Below, in pieces: positions 11,851 to 23,340 of a stretch of DNA of 64,000 nucleotides. The position numbers and the translations under genes were made by a program. Each line of letters opens with the position of its first letter. The stretch's first letter is position 1. The DNA is from Octopus bimaculoides (Eukaryota): positions 2,948,912-3,012,911 of the forward strand of contig NC_068997.1 in assembly GCF_001194135.2 (NCBI RefSeq), given 5' to 3'. Under the pieces are notes generated by a model, which was given only the letters and a program-made list of their open reading frames with translations, had not been told where the DNA came from and did no database searches.

Positions 11851-12460
11851 GCTACTAACGTAAATTTGAACGAAAATGATCACGTATGAAATGCATGTAA
11901 GGGTTGTCAAAACTCAAAATCGGCTATTGAATTTTAAAAATAATAGACTCTGCTTCTTTCAACTGCCAACACGTATTTCAATAATGACGCAGCTTCTCTT
12001 CCATTAAAAAAATGCATGGTTATGTTGATAATATCTTATTTCCGAAGTATCTGTTGTAGACCAATACAAAATTCTGTTAGTGGTGACGTTGTCATCGCAG
12101 TTAATATTTGGATTTGTATAATCTGCTATGCGCTGTATTAGTACATCCCGAATGTGGATGTAAAAATCTGGTATCTGTAGATTGTGTCAGTGGAACTTTG
12201 TACGAATTCATGTGATAAATAAATTCTACTTTCGACAGAACATATCAAGAAATGATATTAACACACTTCCTGATTTCAGATTATCTGGTAGGGTTGGAAT
12301 TAAGGTTGTAAGGACCGTGCGATCAGGAGAGGTGACGAGGAATGGCTTCTTTGGTACATCGCACGGTCGATACAAATAAAATATATGAAAAGAGGATAAA
12401 TGTTGTATAAATGCCAGAAAGAAAAGGGAGACATAACCGGACGAAGGTCTAAGAGAAGAT

Positions 12461-12466
12461 TTTATT
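12461..12466 (-). terminator. Candidate polyadenylation signal AATAAA
   Basis: AATAAA on the minus strand, 570 nt downstream of the initiator, followed by T/pyrimidine-rich sequence. Confidence 0.4.
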
Positions 12467-12658
12467 GATAGGTTAACATGTGTGTCTGTGTGTGTGAGTG
12501 CGACATATAAACATAATAATAGACAGACCGTCATGTAAACAAAGGGTATGTGTATACAAACATGGATGTATGTGTGTGCGATAAGTACAGAGCATAGAGA
12601 GTCTATAAGGACGTTGAGAGAAAGTCCAGACACACGGATGGTAAATACCATTTCGTAG

Positions 12659-12808
12659 TCAAGGTACACAGTAGTTGAGGTGCTGTAATAAGTTGTGGTG
12701 GCAATGCAGAGCCAGGGAGAGGCACATGTCGTGAGAGGTTGTGGCTTCAATGCTGCTGCCAGTAACTTGGTACAGGAGTTCTCGCAGGTTGTATTCGCTG
12801 TTAACCAT
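12659..12808 (-). CDS. Candidate 49-aa small ORF MVNSEYNLRELLYQVTGSSIEATTSHDMCLSLALHCHHNLLQHLNYCVP*
   Basis: Strong start context ttcATCATGG, about 230 nt downstream of a TATA/Inr promoter. No homology recognised; too short for the ORF track. Confidence 0.3.
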   Translation of the reverse strand: MVNSEYNLRELLYQVTGSSIEATTSHDMCLSLALHCHHNLLQHLNYCVP

Positions 12809-13032
12809 GATGAAGTAATTCACAAACAGTGTTGAGATAGAACCTGTGCGAGCGTTGCTGGTGGTGAGTACGTAGAGAAGTTGGTGTAGCTAAGAAGATG
12901 ATGGTGGCGACGAAGATGGAGTCTGCTGCTGGACGAAGTGTCAATGAGTCTTCATGTGGCTGCTGTGTGTCGTCGCTAGAACTGGCTGTGTGCTCAGTGG
13001 CCAACAGCTAGACCTCAGAAGGTCCGGAGCCG

Positions 13033-13200
13033 GACTGACATATGGGACGGTGAGAGGCTAGCTTTTATAAAATACTGTCGGCGCAAACTTGTGGTTCAGG
13101 AAAGACTGTCTCGCGTGACCTTAACTGAAGGCTGTGATTGGTTGGGTTGCATCTTGACGTGCAATAGAACAAGAGACAAACTGCGCCAATACCAACCAAT
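13033..13200 (-). promoter_or_regulatory. RNA polymerase II core promoter (CCAAT x3, TATA, Inr)
   Basis: Minus-strand TATAAAAG 13069-13062; TCAGTC initiator 13038-13033 (A+1 = 13036, 33 nt from the first T of TATA); CCAAT at 13141-13137 (sense) and 13186-13190, 13196-13200 (reverse). Confidence 0.65.
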
Positions 13201-13292
13201 CAGAGTGGTGGACACAACAGGGTCCAAAGGTGCGGCCGAACGCTAGCAGTTATCCACTACGTCCTTATTCATGTATATATAACAGAGAGAGA

Positions 13293-13338
<46 letters not shown>

Positions 13339-13956
13339 AGTATCCCTTAAGGCGTACGCTACAAGATAAATATAATTAAAGAGAAAGAGAAAACAAGTCT
13401 AAAGTTATAAATGTGTGGAAAGTAGGCTGTATCGTCATCGAAACTCATATCCAAAATTTATACACCCTATAAACTATGTGCATTATCTCTTGCTCAAAAT
13501 CACTACTTTAGACAGGCCATTTTTTACTGCGCTGTAAGGATTCGAAATTTGTACTTTTAGTTACTAAACAACTCATCAGTTTGTAATAAAATCGGTTCTC
13601 CCTTCCAGCATTCAGCGTTTCTTTTTGTCTCTATCTCTATTTCCGTATTTGGTTTATAGTCGCCATGTCAATAGCTACAGAAGTGATGTAGTACCTGAGT
13701 AAAAGCATGCGGTGCATTGTTTCAATGAATAGCCATTATCCAATCCGCTTGGGCCATCGCAATTTTGCAGCTCTCCACCGATTCTTTAAAAACACGCTAA
13801 ACGCTAAAATGTCTGGTCACCGTGTTAATGGTGTCTGTTTGTGTCATGTTTGTCAGTGAATTTATGAGAAATTATGACAGAGGTGATAGATAAAACGATA
13901 TGTGTGTGTATATTTATATATTTATATGAATATATATATATATATGTGTGTGTGTG

Positions 13957-14032
<76 letters not shown>

Positions 14033-14269
14033 CGTCAATTAATGAGGATATAAATCGTCCGACAACGGGGAATCATTTACAGCAATAATTTGACAAGTTG
14101 TCAAAATATATTTATTTCGCAATAGCATATTTAAACCAAGAATTTAAGTTTTTCGAACACTAGTATGATAATGCTAGCTCGTTTTGGCGAGCGCGAGGCT
14201 GTAAATTTGCCGATCTATGACAGAATAAAGTAAATTATGCACCGGTGCATGACTGGTATTTATTATCTT

Positions 14270-14400
14270 TCTTCTACATTTTACTTGTTTCAAACATACG
14301 ACTGCGGCCACGCCGGAGCACTACCTTAAAGAGTCTAGTCGAACAAATCGAGTATAGTGCTTTTCTTAAAACTGGTATTTACTCTGCCTATCTTCTTTTG
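14270..14400 (-). mobile_element. SINE family B 3' half, degenerate
   Basis: TTTTACTTGTTTCA..GACTGCGGCCACGCCGGAGCAC is the reverse of the family-B tail. Confidence 0.75.
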
Positions 14401-14512
14401 CCGCACATCTAACTTCTTCTGATGTAAACAAACCAACTCCGGTTGTCAAGAGATAGGGGAGGATAAGCATACACGTAACACACACACACATACAAGCACA
14501 CACACATCACAA

Positions 14513-15230
14513 TATCGACCAGACCATCAAATGCCGTTAGACTCAACTGGTCACAATGCACTTCCAATTTTGTCTTCATTCTGCCATCTTTTCCATCGTC
14601 GCTCAAATTGTTTAACGAAATCGTCTTCCCATCGCCGTGGAAGCCTTCCAGGTGGCATTTTGCGATCTCTTGTATACCACTCGGCAATTGTACGGGTCAA
14701 CCTGTTGTTTGTGAACCTTACGACATGTCCAAACCAGCGGAAATTTTCTTTTCGTTATTCTGCGATCACATCGTTCATCTCACTCTGTTCTCGGATAATC
14801 TCATTTCGAATGTGATCTCGTAATGTTATTCCTAATATGGATCTCTCCAAGGCCCTTCACGTCGTTGCCAATTGATGTTTTATTCTCTTCGTAGTAGCCC
14901 TCGTCTCGCTTGTGTATAAGAGCGCAGATAAGCACATCCTATATTGAATTAAATGCCTTCAATCCTGCCCTTATTCCCTTATATACATCTGGATTATTTC
15001 AGTTTCTGTCTCCCAAAGAATTGGTCGGTCCATGGACATAGTTGATAACACTTGTCTAAGGTGCCTGGGGCACGTAAATTAGATTCCAGTAGCATTATGT
15101 CTAAGACCAAAATACAACAAAATGTATTTGCGATGATTTCGTCTAAAGAAATAGAACAGTCTCTGCCTTTCCACTTCCATCTCACTCGTATGATAATGTC
15201 TTTATCTGTCACTAAAACGACTTAATGGAA
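14513..15230 (-). mobile_element. RTE-clade LINE 3' portion (RT end and C-terminus), degenerate
   Basis: RIRAGLKAFN..LLYTSETRATTKR..RALERSILGITLRDHIRNEIIR..RWFGHVVRFTNNRLTR..PPGRLPRRWEDDF. Confidence 0.85.
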
Positions 15231-15688
15231 TCAGGTTCTCGATGTAATAGTTCTCTGGTTTATCCCAGCTGAAACTTGATCAAAATAAGGGGAGTACAAG
15301 CTGTTACTATATTTACGTTTTTCAACGGGTACTTCTCTTTCTAAGAAGTTAGAATATGATAAGATCTGACTGCTATTTCTAGCAAACTGAGTGAGTAGTA
15401 GCATGAATCTTTGTTCTTCCGTTTTCTCTTTGTATACGCACACACACACACACACACACACACATATGCATATATATATATATATATATNNNNNNNNNNN
15501 NNNNNNNNNNNNNNNNNNNNNNNNNNNNNNNNNNNNNNNNNNNNNNNNNNNNNNNNNNNNNNNNNNNNNNNNNNNNNNNNNNNNNNNNNNNNNNNNNNNN
15601 NNNNNNNNNNNNNNNNNNNNNNNNNNNNNNNNNNNNNNNNNNNNNNNNNNNNNNNNNNNNNNNNNNNNNNNNNNNNNNNNNNNNNNNN

Positions 15689-15747
<59 letters not shown>

Positions 15748-16329
15748 GTGTGTGCGTACACACATACACCCACACATATACGTGCGTACGCATGTGTGTA
15801 ATAACGTTCGTATGTATGTATGTATGTTTAATTCGACACTTGATAAACCATTTCTTCAAAAGTATCGTACCATTCATAATACCGCTTCAATTTCAATTAA
15901 AGCCATTTGTAGTTAGTAACTGGATTAAGTTTATTTCCTATTACGCAACATTGAAGCTAATTATTCTTAAAAAATGGGAGGAGAAGATATCATTCACATT
16001 TAAATCGATAGAAATTATCGACGACCAGGAAAATATATTATCTTGAAATCTGCTGTTTAAATTACATATATTTTTCTATTTCTTTCTATTATTGGCTTGG
16101 AGGAAAAAATATGTCTTGATTACAAATTGACGAAATCAATATTAGCCGATTGAGAAGTATTTAATTATCTTATTTTATCAATACTGCATCTTTTGGGAGG
16201 AGCTAAATCGATAAATTGGCTATCAAATTGGTTCACAGTGTTCCGTCGCTTAGATTTTTCTTTTTAATTTCGAATCACACCCGTTTCGAAATTGTATTGG
16301 ATTTTAAAATATGCACCTACCAAATAATC

Positions 16330-16700
16330 TTTTTCTAATATAAGCACGAGACCTGAAACGATGTGGAGGAGTGCTTAGTCGATTACATCGATTTGTTCGA
16401 CTAAAGTCGGTACTCCAGCATGGCCACAGTCAAATGACTGAAACAAGTAAAAAAATAGAAGAATGATATATGTAGGTGTGTATATGTTGTGTGTCTTTGT
16501 TTGTCCCCCCAACATCGCTTGAAAACCGATGGTGGTGTATTTACGTTCTCGCAACTCAGCGTTCGGCAAAAGACACCGATAGAATAAGTACTAGACTTAT
16601 AAAGAATAAGTCCTTGGGTCGATTTGCTCGACTAAAGGCGGTGCTCCAGCATGGCCGCAGTCAAATGACTGAAACAAGTAAAAGAGTAAAAGAGAGACTC
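16330..16700 (+). mobile_element. Two SINE family B 3' halves; the first is fused to a reversed family-A tail
   Basis: CTCCAGCATGGCC(A/G)CAGTCAAATGACTGAAACAAGTAAAA occurs twice; 16330-16392 resembles the reverse family-A tail. Confidence 0.8.
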
Positions 16701-17408
16701 TTCCTCTTCCTCCCCTCCTCCTCCAAAATAAGCGGGCAGTTACTTAAGGGGAAAATTACTACCACATCCTTGTTTTTCACAGCTTTCTACACTGTGAGTT
16801 CGAATCGAGCCAATTTTCGTTAATCCTTCCGCTGTTAATAAAGTAAGCACCAGTGATGTACTAAAGGTTAATATAATTGGACATACCCCTTTCCCACCCT
16901 GACTATTTCCATTGTTCCAAAATTAAAAGTCGTTATTAGAGTTAAGGGCTGATGAATCACCCAAAGCTGTGGATGTACAAATTACTCTATGGCAATTACT
17001 TGGGTTCGTCGATGTTCATAAATCATTCCGCCAGCGTCAGTAACATTACACTCAGCTAAATACAAGGTCTATGTTTCACTGTGACATAGATATACATCGG
17101 TCCATTAATCATCTAATCTTTGAAATCTTTCACAAACCTTCTGACCTCATTCAATTGGTACTTGAAAATGGTTTCTCTTATAGTTCACAACAAAATCTAA
17201 AACGCTATACAGCAAATAGAACATCAATATAATGAAGATATCAAATCCTATATAAAAGAAGCAGAAGAAAATGCCATGACGAGATATGCAAGAAGTGCTT
17301 ACACAAGATTCAAACTCGCGAACACCAGACGATAGTTAAATAAATAGTTCATTTAGTACTTCTGAACCCTGCCAATGGATTTCATCTCAGACCTTGTATA
17401 GAGAAAAC

Positions 17409-17505
<97 letters not shown>

Positions 17506-17621
17506 GTAATAATAATAATAACATTAGGGACAAAATCCCAAATTACAGGTAAAAACTCAATTAAAATCAATTAAAAAGTTCATTAACCTTGGTTCTTTTT
17601 CCTAAAACTATATAAATATAT

Positions 17622-17652
<31 letters not shown>

Positions 17653-17680
17653 CCCAACTTTTGCAGTCATATGACAGGTT

Positions 17681-17727
<47 letters not shown>

Positions 17728-17929
17728 ATATATATATNNNNNNNNNNNNNNNNNNNNNNNNNNNNNNNNNNNNNNNNNNNNNNNNNNNNNNNNNNNNNNN
17801 NNNNNNNNNNNNNNNNNNNNNNNNNNNNNNNNNNNNNNNNNNNNNNNNNNNNNNNNNNNNNNNNNNNTTTATATATATATATACACACACACACAATATA
17901 TATATATGCATATACATGTACATACATAT

Positions 17930-18305
17930 ACAAACACACAATTAGCAGTATCTCATTATGTTTGTTTGTCCGTCTCCCAAAGAAAAGCATCTTATTTTGT
18001 TATTTGAAGGCTAAACAGAATGAAACCTATTCTACGTAACATAAAGATAGTAACATACTCTTGCCACTGTTGTTAATCCCAGGTAATGTTGGATGTATAC
18101 TTAATTTATTTTTGATGTTGATAAAATACATTTATTGCAAATAACCTAACCAACAAATTCTTCTATTTTAATGTAATTATAATTCCATAAATATTTTAAT
18201 TTTTAAAAATTAGTATTCATTTCCTCAATTTTCGTTCGCCATGAAATTTGAAAATTGTAAAAATTAAAATTAATATACCTGTGCAACATTACCTGATACT
18301 AAACA
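17930..18305 (+). mobile_element. Possible non-autonomous Helitron/HINE-like remnant
   Basis: TGTTTGTTTGTCCGT microsatellite-like motif and two degenerate 3'-end-like motifs (CCCAGGTAATGTTGG..TATACTTA; CCTGTGCAACATTACC..TACTA). Recognised from memory only. Confidence 0.35.
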
Positions 18306-18866
18306 CACCGCAAACAGTATATGCCCAACTTTTGTAGTCATATGACAGGTTAAACTTTAATATGTACCTAGCTATCTATGAATATGTATTTATGTATGTA
18401 TGTATGTATGTATGTATGTATTTATGTGTGTTTGTGTGTGAGTGTATGTATGAGGAGATGGTTACATTTGCTTTGATGTTAATTAAATGCTAAATTTCAT
18501 TTGAAGTAAAATAAATATGAAAGCTGTAAAAAGAGTTTGCTGGAAGAGTTTTTGTGGTTATAATTTGTGTCAACGCAAACCAAAAAGCCAGACTTAGAAG
18601 AAACATTTTCAGAGAATTGTCAGGAATAAAACTTCAAAGGAAATGTGAAATTAACAATTGTACAACAACAACAACAGAATCAAAAGCAGCAACAACAAAA
18701 ATTTATATATTTGCAACTTGCGATACCTAGTTTCATGTGAAATCCGAACTTAACTGTTGACTGCTAAATTATTAGATGGAGGTGTATATATAAAATGTTT
18801 CAGAAGGAATTTGTAACAACAAAAAAAGCAAAAGCAACAACTAATACCATGAATAACAAGAACAAG

Positions 18867-18898
<32 letters not shown>

Positions 18899-19374
18899 GT
18901 CTCCCTGTCGTAAAGTAAAACAAAATAAAACAAAAGCAATAGACACGAGTAGACTACTTTCAGGAGTAAATGAGGCGACAACATTTACACACACAGCTCG
19001 AAATAAACATTGATCTGTGGTAAAAATATAAACATGGCGGATGTAAAATCAACAACAATAGCAATCACTGAAACAACAACAATAACAACAACAGCAGCAA
19101 CAGCAACAGCAAAATAGTCTCAACAAAGACATCAGCAACAAAACAAAAGTATCAACAGGAGGTGTAGCAGCAACAACAGTAACCACAATAGCAGCAAAAA
19201 AAAACAAAAAAAACTGTTACAACAAAAGCAACTGTAATACTCAGGTCAGCCATGATTACACGAGGTTACCCGATTTTTGTCCTTGAGTAGCAACTGGTAT
19301 TTCCAATTTGCTTATCCTCAGAAAGTGTTAAAAATGGCTAATATTTCCTTCAATTTTTATTTGTTATATTTATT

Positions 19375-19750
19375 TAAAACCCCCAAAGAATCCCTCTCAT
19401 CACATGGCTATGATGTACTCCCTATTGTTCCTGCTCGTCGTCATATATGCACATATGGTTAGCTATTAAGGGCATGACCAAGAGTTTAAGATCAAGCCAC
19501 AGACTAGTAAGTCTGAGATATTAAGCAGAAAATTTGCAATAATAATATTTCTGCTTCAGCATTCAGCGCTGAATCTGAAATGTAATGGAAAATTGGTTAG
19601 TTTCAAAACATTGATTTCCAGGTCACAAATGCAAAATTCGAGGGAATAGTGTTCATTTCCTTTGATTTCTAGTTAGAAGCAAATAGGAAATAATACTTAC
19701 TGACCAAAAACAAGAAAGAAAAAAGAAAGATTTGTTACACGATGTTTTCC
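19375..19750 (-). repeat. Dispersed repeat family G; homologous copies at 38130-38500 (same strand) and about 41590-41800 (opposite strand)
   Basis: Shared blocks GAAATGTAATGGAAAAT..AGTTTCAAAACATTGAT..TCATTTCCTTTGATTTCTAG..AGAAGCAAATAGGAAATA and GGCTATGAT..CTCC. Confidence 0.8.
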
Positions 19751-20292
19751 ATTATGATACAGAGGGGCCAACTTCTGCTAGGGTTATTCGACTTGCTAGA
19801 AACATCATGATTTCCTCGAAATTACACATCGCCGATTTACGAAACATAAGAAACAATACACAATGTAATTCTAGATATCTGCAATACAAAATAATTGGGA
19901 TGGTCACACATGCAACACCACTGGGCATGAATCTAATCAATTATGCCTGAGCTATACAAAACAACCTCAACCACAACCACTTTATAGAGGAACAATCTGG
20001 ATAATGAAGCGAATGCGACATACCCGGGTGACAGCACTAAACCCTTGAATATCATATCTCCATAATACGGTCCTTAAATAGGTAGAGGTGAGGTATGAGG
20101 TATTTGGTGTACAGTGGGTTTTATTGCTGTTTAGTCCCAGATCAGCCCGGGTTGAGCAGACCTCTGATAAAAGACATTCTAACTGAAGCAATAAGACAAC
20201 GAAAATAATTTCAAAGCTATGTGGTTATGATTCCTGACTTTCCCTCGGGTGGCTCGCGTTTTAATCCCTGAATGGAAACAATTATCTTTATA

Positions 20293-20665
20293 GGCGCAGG
20301 CGTAGCTATGAGGTAAAAAGTTTGCTTCCCACCACAACGTTACAGGTTCTATCCTTCTGCGTGGCACCCGGAGCAAATGACTTCTGTTAATGTTTTGGTT
20401 AAATCAAAACCCTGTGAGTGTATTTAGATGTAAACTGAAAGAAGCACGTAGTCTATCTCTCTCTGTCTATCCATCTTGCTATTTCTCTTTATCTCTCTCT
20501 CTCTACATATATACCTAAATATTTATATATATACGTATATATATTATATGTGTATGTGTGAATTTGCCTTTGTGTTTCTCCCCAACCGTTTAACCAGTGT
20601 TGGTTTGTTTACGTCTACATGATTTAATGGTTCGTTAAAAGCGACCGATAGAATAAATATTGTGG
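20293..20665 (+). mobile_element. SINE family B, near full length, with internal (TC)/(TA)/(TG) tract
   Basis: tRNA-like head GGCGCAGGCGTAGCT..TGCGTGGCACC, then AACTGAAAGAAGC, a microsatellite, and tail TTGGTTTGTTTACGTC..GACCGATAGAATAA. Confidence 0.8.
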
Positions 20666-21647
20666 TCCATTTATATTAGAATAAAGACTACTATTGGACA
20701 ATGCGAAGACGTATCAGACCGATTGTATTAAGTAGTGAACCAAACATTTTTCTCATGAAAATACCGAATATGTTAGATTCCTACTCCATACATAACTATA
20801 TGATCTACATGCAGAGCACTTCCCTGGGATATTTCCCCTTATCAGTATTAAAAGTTCTCGATCAGTGAATGCTTCCTCCACCAAAATCTTACACATTCCC
20901 ATTGTGTATTTTATTGTCCGATAAGTTATAACTGAGGAGGCCAAATGATACCAAAGCTTGTGCAAAGGTGTCACTATATTTGCCAATAAACAGATTATTG
21001 CATCACTTCATGTCCTTATATAATTTGTAATCAATCTGGATTTCACAACTGTCTATTTGGCTCTTTCTGTGACAAGTTCTTGTGATTAAAAGTAATGATT
21101 CTATATCTTCATTACGGATGGTAATATTAATTGAATGTCATAAAACTTATCAGCACAATATGGGTTGGTATATTTTCACTGGCACACCGTCATATCGTTC
21201 GATTTACTTTGCAGGTGGTTCTAGTCGCAATAATCCAATAATGGGAATATCACAAATTATGTCATTTATTATAGCTTTTCTATACGTCAGATGCGTATGC
21301 TTGTGGGAAGTTTAACCGCTATTTCCAGCAGATTTAAGGAGTCAATGTCATCTCCATTTTCAAAAAATTTTACTTATAGACAATTCTACCTTTCCTCTCC
21401 CTCTCGTTCTTGGTGCCTTGTTTTTTCATATCTTCATATATTGAGATTTATGTAGCAGAATCACAGGTGCTGTCTTCACTTCTCATCCTTAGAAACGGTA
21501 CGAGATTTTACTTAGGGAGGATGATAGAAGAGACGGTTTCTTTGTGTGCGTGTGTGTATGTGTGTGCGTGTGTGTATTTGTATGTGCGTATGTATGTACG
21601 CGTGTGTACACCCTCGCTTGCTGTGGGGAGTTTATCTCCCTTGGCAG

Positions 21648-21689
<42 letters not shown>

Positions 21690-22039
21690 NNNNNNNNNNN
21701 NNNNNNNNNNNNNNNNNNNNNNNNNNNNNNNNNNNNNNNNNNNNNNNNNNNNNNNNNNNNNNNNNNNNNNNNNNNNNNNNNNNNNNNNNNNNNNNNNNNN
21801 NNNNNNNNNNNNNNNNNNNNNNNNNNNNNNNNNNNNNNNNNNNNNNNNNNNNNNNNNNNNNNNNNNNNNNNNNNNNNNNNNNNNNNNNNNNNNNNNNNNN
21901 NNNNNNNNNNNNNNNNNNNNNNNNNNNNNNNNNNNNNNNNNNNNNNNNNNNNNNNNNNNNNNNNNNNNNNNNNNNNNNNNNNNNNNNNNNNNNNNNNNNN
22001 NNNNNNNNNNNNNNNNNNNNNNNNNNNNNNNNNNNNNNN

Positions 22040-22565
22040 GTGTGTATGATTTTGTGTCTTTGTGTCTGTTTCCCTCCCCCTTCAGTGCTTCAGAACCGGT
22101 GTTGGTGTGTTTACGTCACCGTATTCTAGCAGTTCGGCAAAATAGGCAGGTAGTTTAAGTATTAGGCTTAAAAAATAACTCATGTGGTCGATTTGTTCGA
22201 CTAACATAACTTTCAAGGTGATGCTCCAACATGGCCGCAGTCAAATAACTGAAACAAGTAAAAGAAAAATGAATATACGTATCTATGTAAGTATATATGA
22301 GTATGTGTTTGTGTGTGTGTGGTGTGTGTGTGTGTATGTGTGTCTGTGTCTATTTGTGTGTGTCTCTCTGACTGTTTTTGTACCTCACCACTGCTTGACA
22401 ACCAGTGTTGGCGTGTTTATGTCCCCGTAATTTACCGGCTCGGCTAAAGAGGGCAGTAGAATAAGTACCAACCTTTAAAAACTAAATACTGGCGTCGATT
22501 TGATCAACTAAAACACTTCTAGGTGGTGCTCCAGCCTGTGCACAGTCAAAATGATTGAGACAATT
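22040..22565 (+). mobile_element. Two tandem SINE family B 3' halves
   Basis: Each starts after (TG)n with AACC(G/A)GTGTTGG(T/C)GTGTTTA and runs to the GTGCTCCA..CAGTCAAA..GA(A/G)ACAA tail. Confidence 0.85.
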
Positions 22566-22566
22566 A

Positions 22567-22605
<39 letters not shown>

Positions 22606-22739
22606 CATCATCATCTTTATTATTAGATTTTCGTTGTTTACACTTTCTTTATAATATAAACACAGTCGTTTGTAGTTTCTTTCCTTTCAACTAAACATAA
22701 CTATTGTAGATGGTTGCCAAGAAACTATGCTATAAAATG

Positions 22740-23340
22740 CTGACTAGACAGAATAATGTGTATTTTGATATAGTTTAAAACTGTATATACTGTGAATACT
22801 ATGACAATACCACAACCTAGCTAACCGATTACTATTTATTATCGCTAGCTGACTGGCATATATTTACACTGGCAGACGGGTATATATTTTGATACAGTTA
22901 AAGCTGTTTATTCTGATTAACAAAGACGTTTAAAACTGTACATTTACACAATAGATAAAGCATTGTATTCTGTCATTACACAAGGGTGTAGGTTATGACA
23001 CGATATTAAGGGTATATACAATAGTGTGTATATTCTGACATGACATTAAGATGTATATTTTGAAAATACACAGGAGTGTTTATTGAACATTGACCACGAC
23101 GTATATTTCAACCTTACCCACCGCGGTTTATTCTGGCGTTACACAAGACTATATACATATATATATATATATATATAATACATACCTTACACGAGGGTGT
23201 GCATTTTGGTACCACTGAATGCTAAATTGTCTAACACTATACTAGTATATATATATTCTGGCATTTAACCTGGGTGTATATTATTCTGACACTAGATCAA
23301 GTAATATATTACTTCATAGGACTATATATCTTGACACCAG
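22740..23340 (+). repeat. Highly degenerate minisatellite, unit roughly 24-27 bp (GTGTATATTCTGACATTACACAAGG-like)
   Basis: Recurrent GTATATTCTG(A/G)CA and TTACACAAG motifs. Confidence 0.55.

Larger units (their letters stand above)
12052..13284 (-). mobile_element. Solo-LTR-like or compact transcription-unit island (identity unresolved)
   Basis: On the minus strand it starts TGTTATA (13284) and ends CTACAACA (12052; alternative end TATACAACA at 12401). It contains CCAAT, TATA, Inr and AATAAA in the correct order. GAAGTATC occurs at 12044-12051 and at 13337-13344, after a (GA)n run. Confidence 0.45.

Noticed and set aside
12313-12540. SECIS element for the CVP-TGA codon
   Set aside because: ATGAC at about 12534-12530 lacks an apical AA and a 3' GA; the 11-bp hairpin lacks the AUGA/GA quartet.
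12600-12808. Ornithine decarboxylase antizyme
   Set aside because: The site is CCT-TGA rather than the usual metazoan TCC-TGA, and the +1 frame shows no antizyme domain motifs.
12821-12838. Iron-responsive element (CAGTGT loop)
   Set aside because: The flanks do not pair, and it is antisense to the promoter.
12401-13284. Shorter LTR boundary (TGTTGTATA at 12401)
   Set aside because: Good terminal symmetry with the right end but no flanking duplication; kept only as an alternative to 12052.
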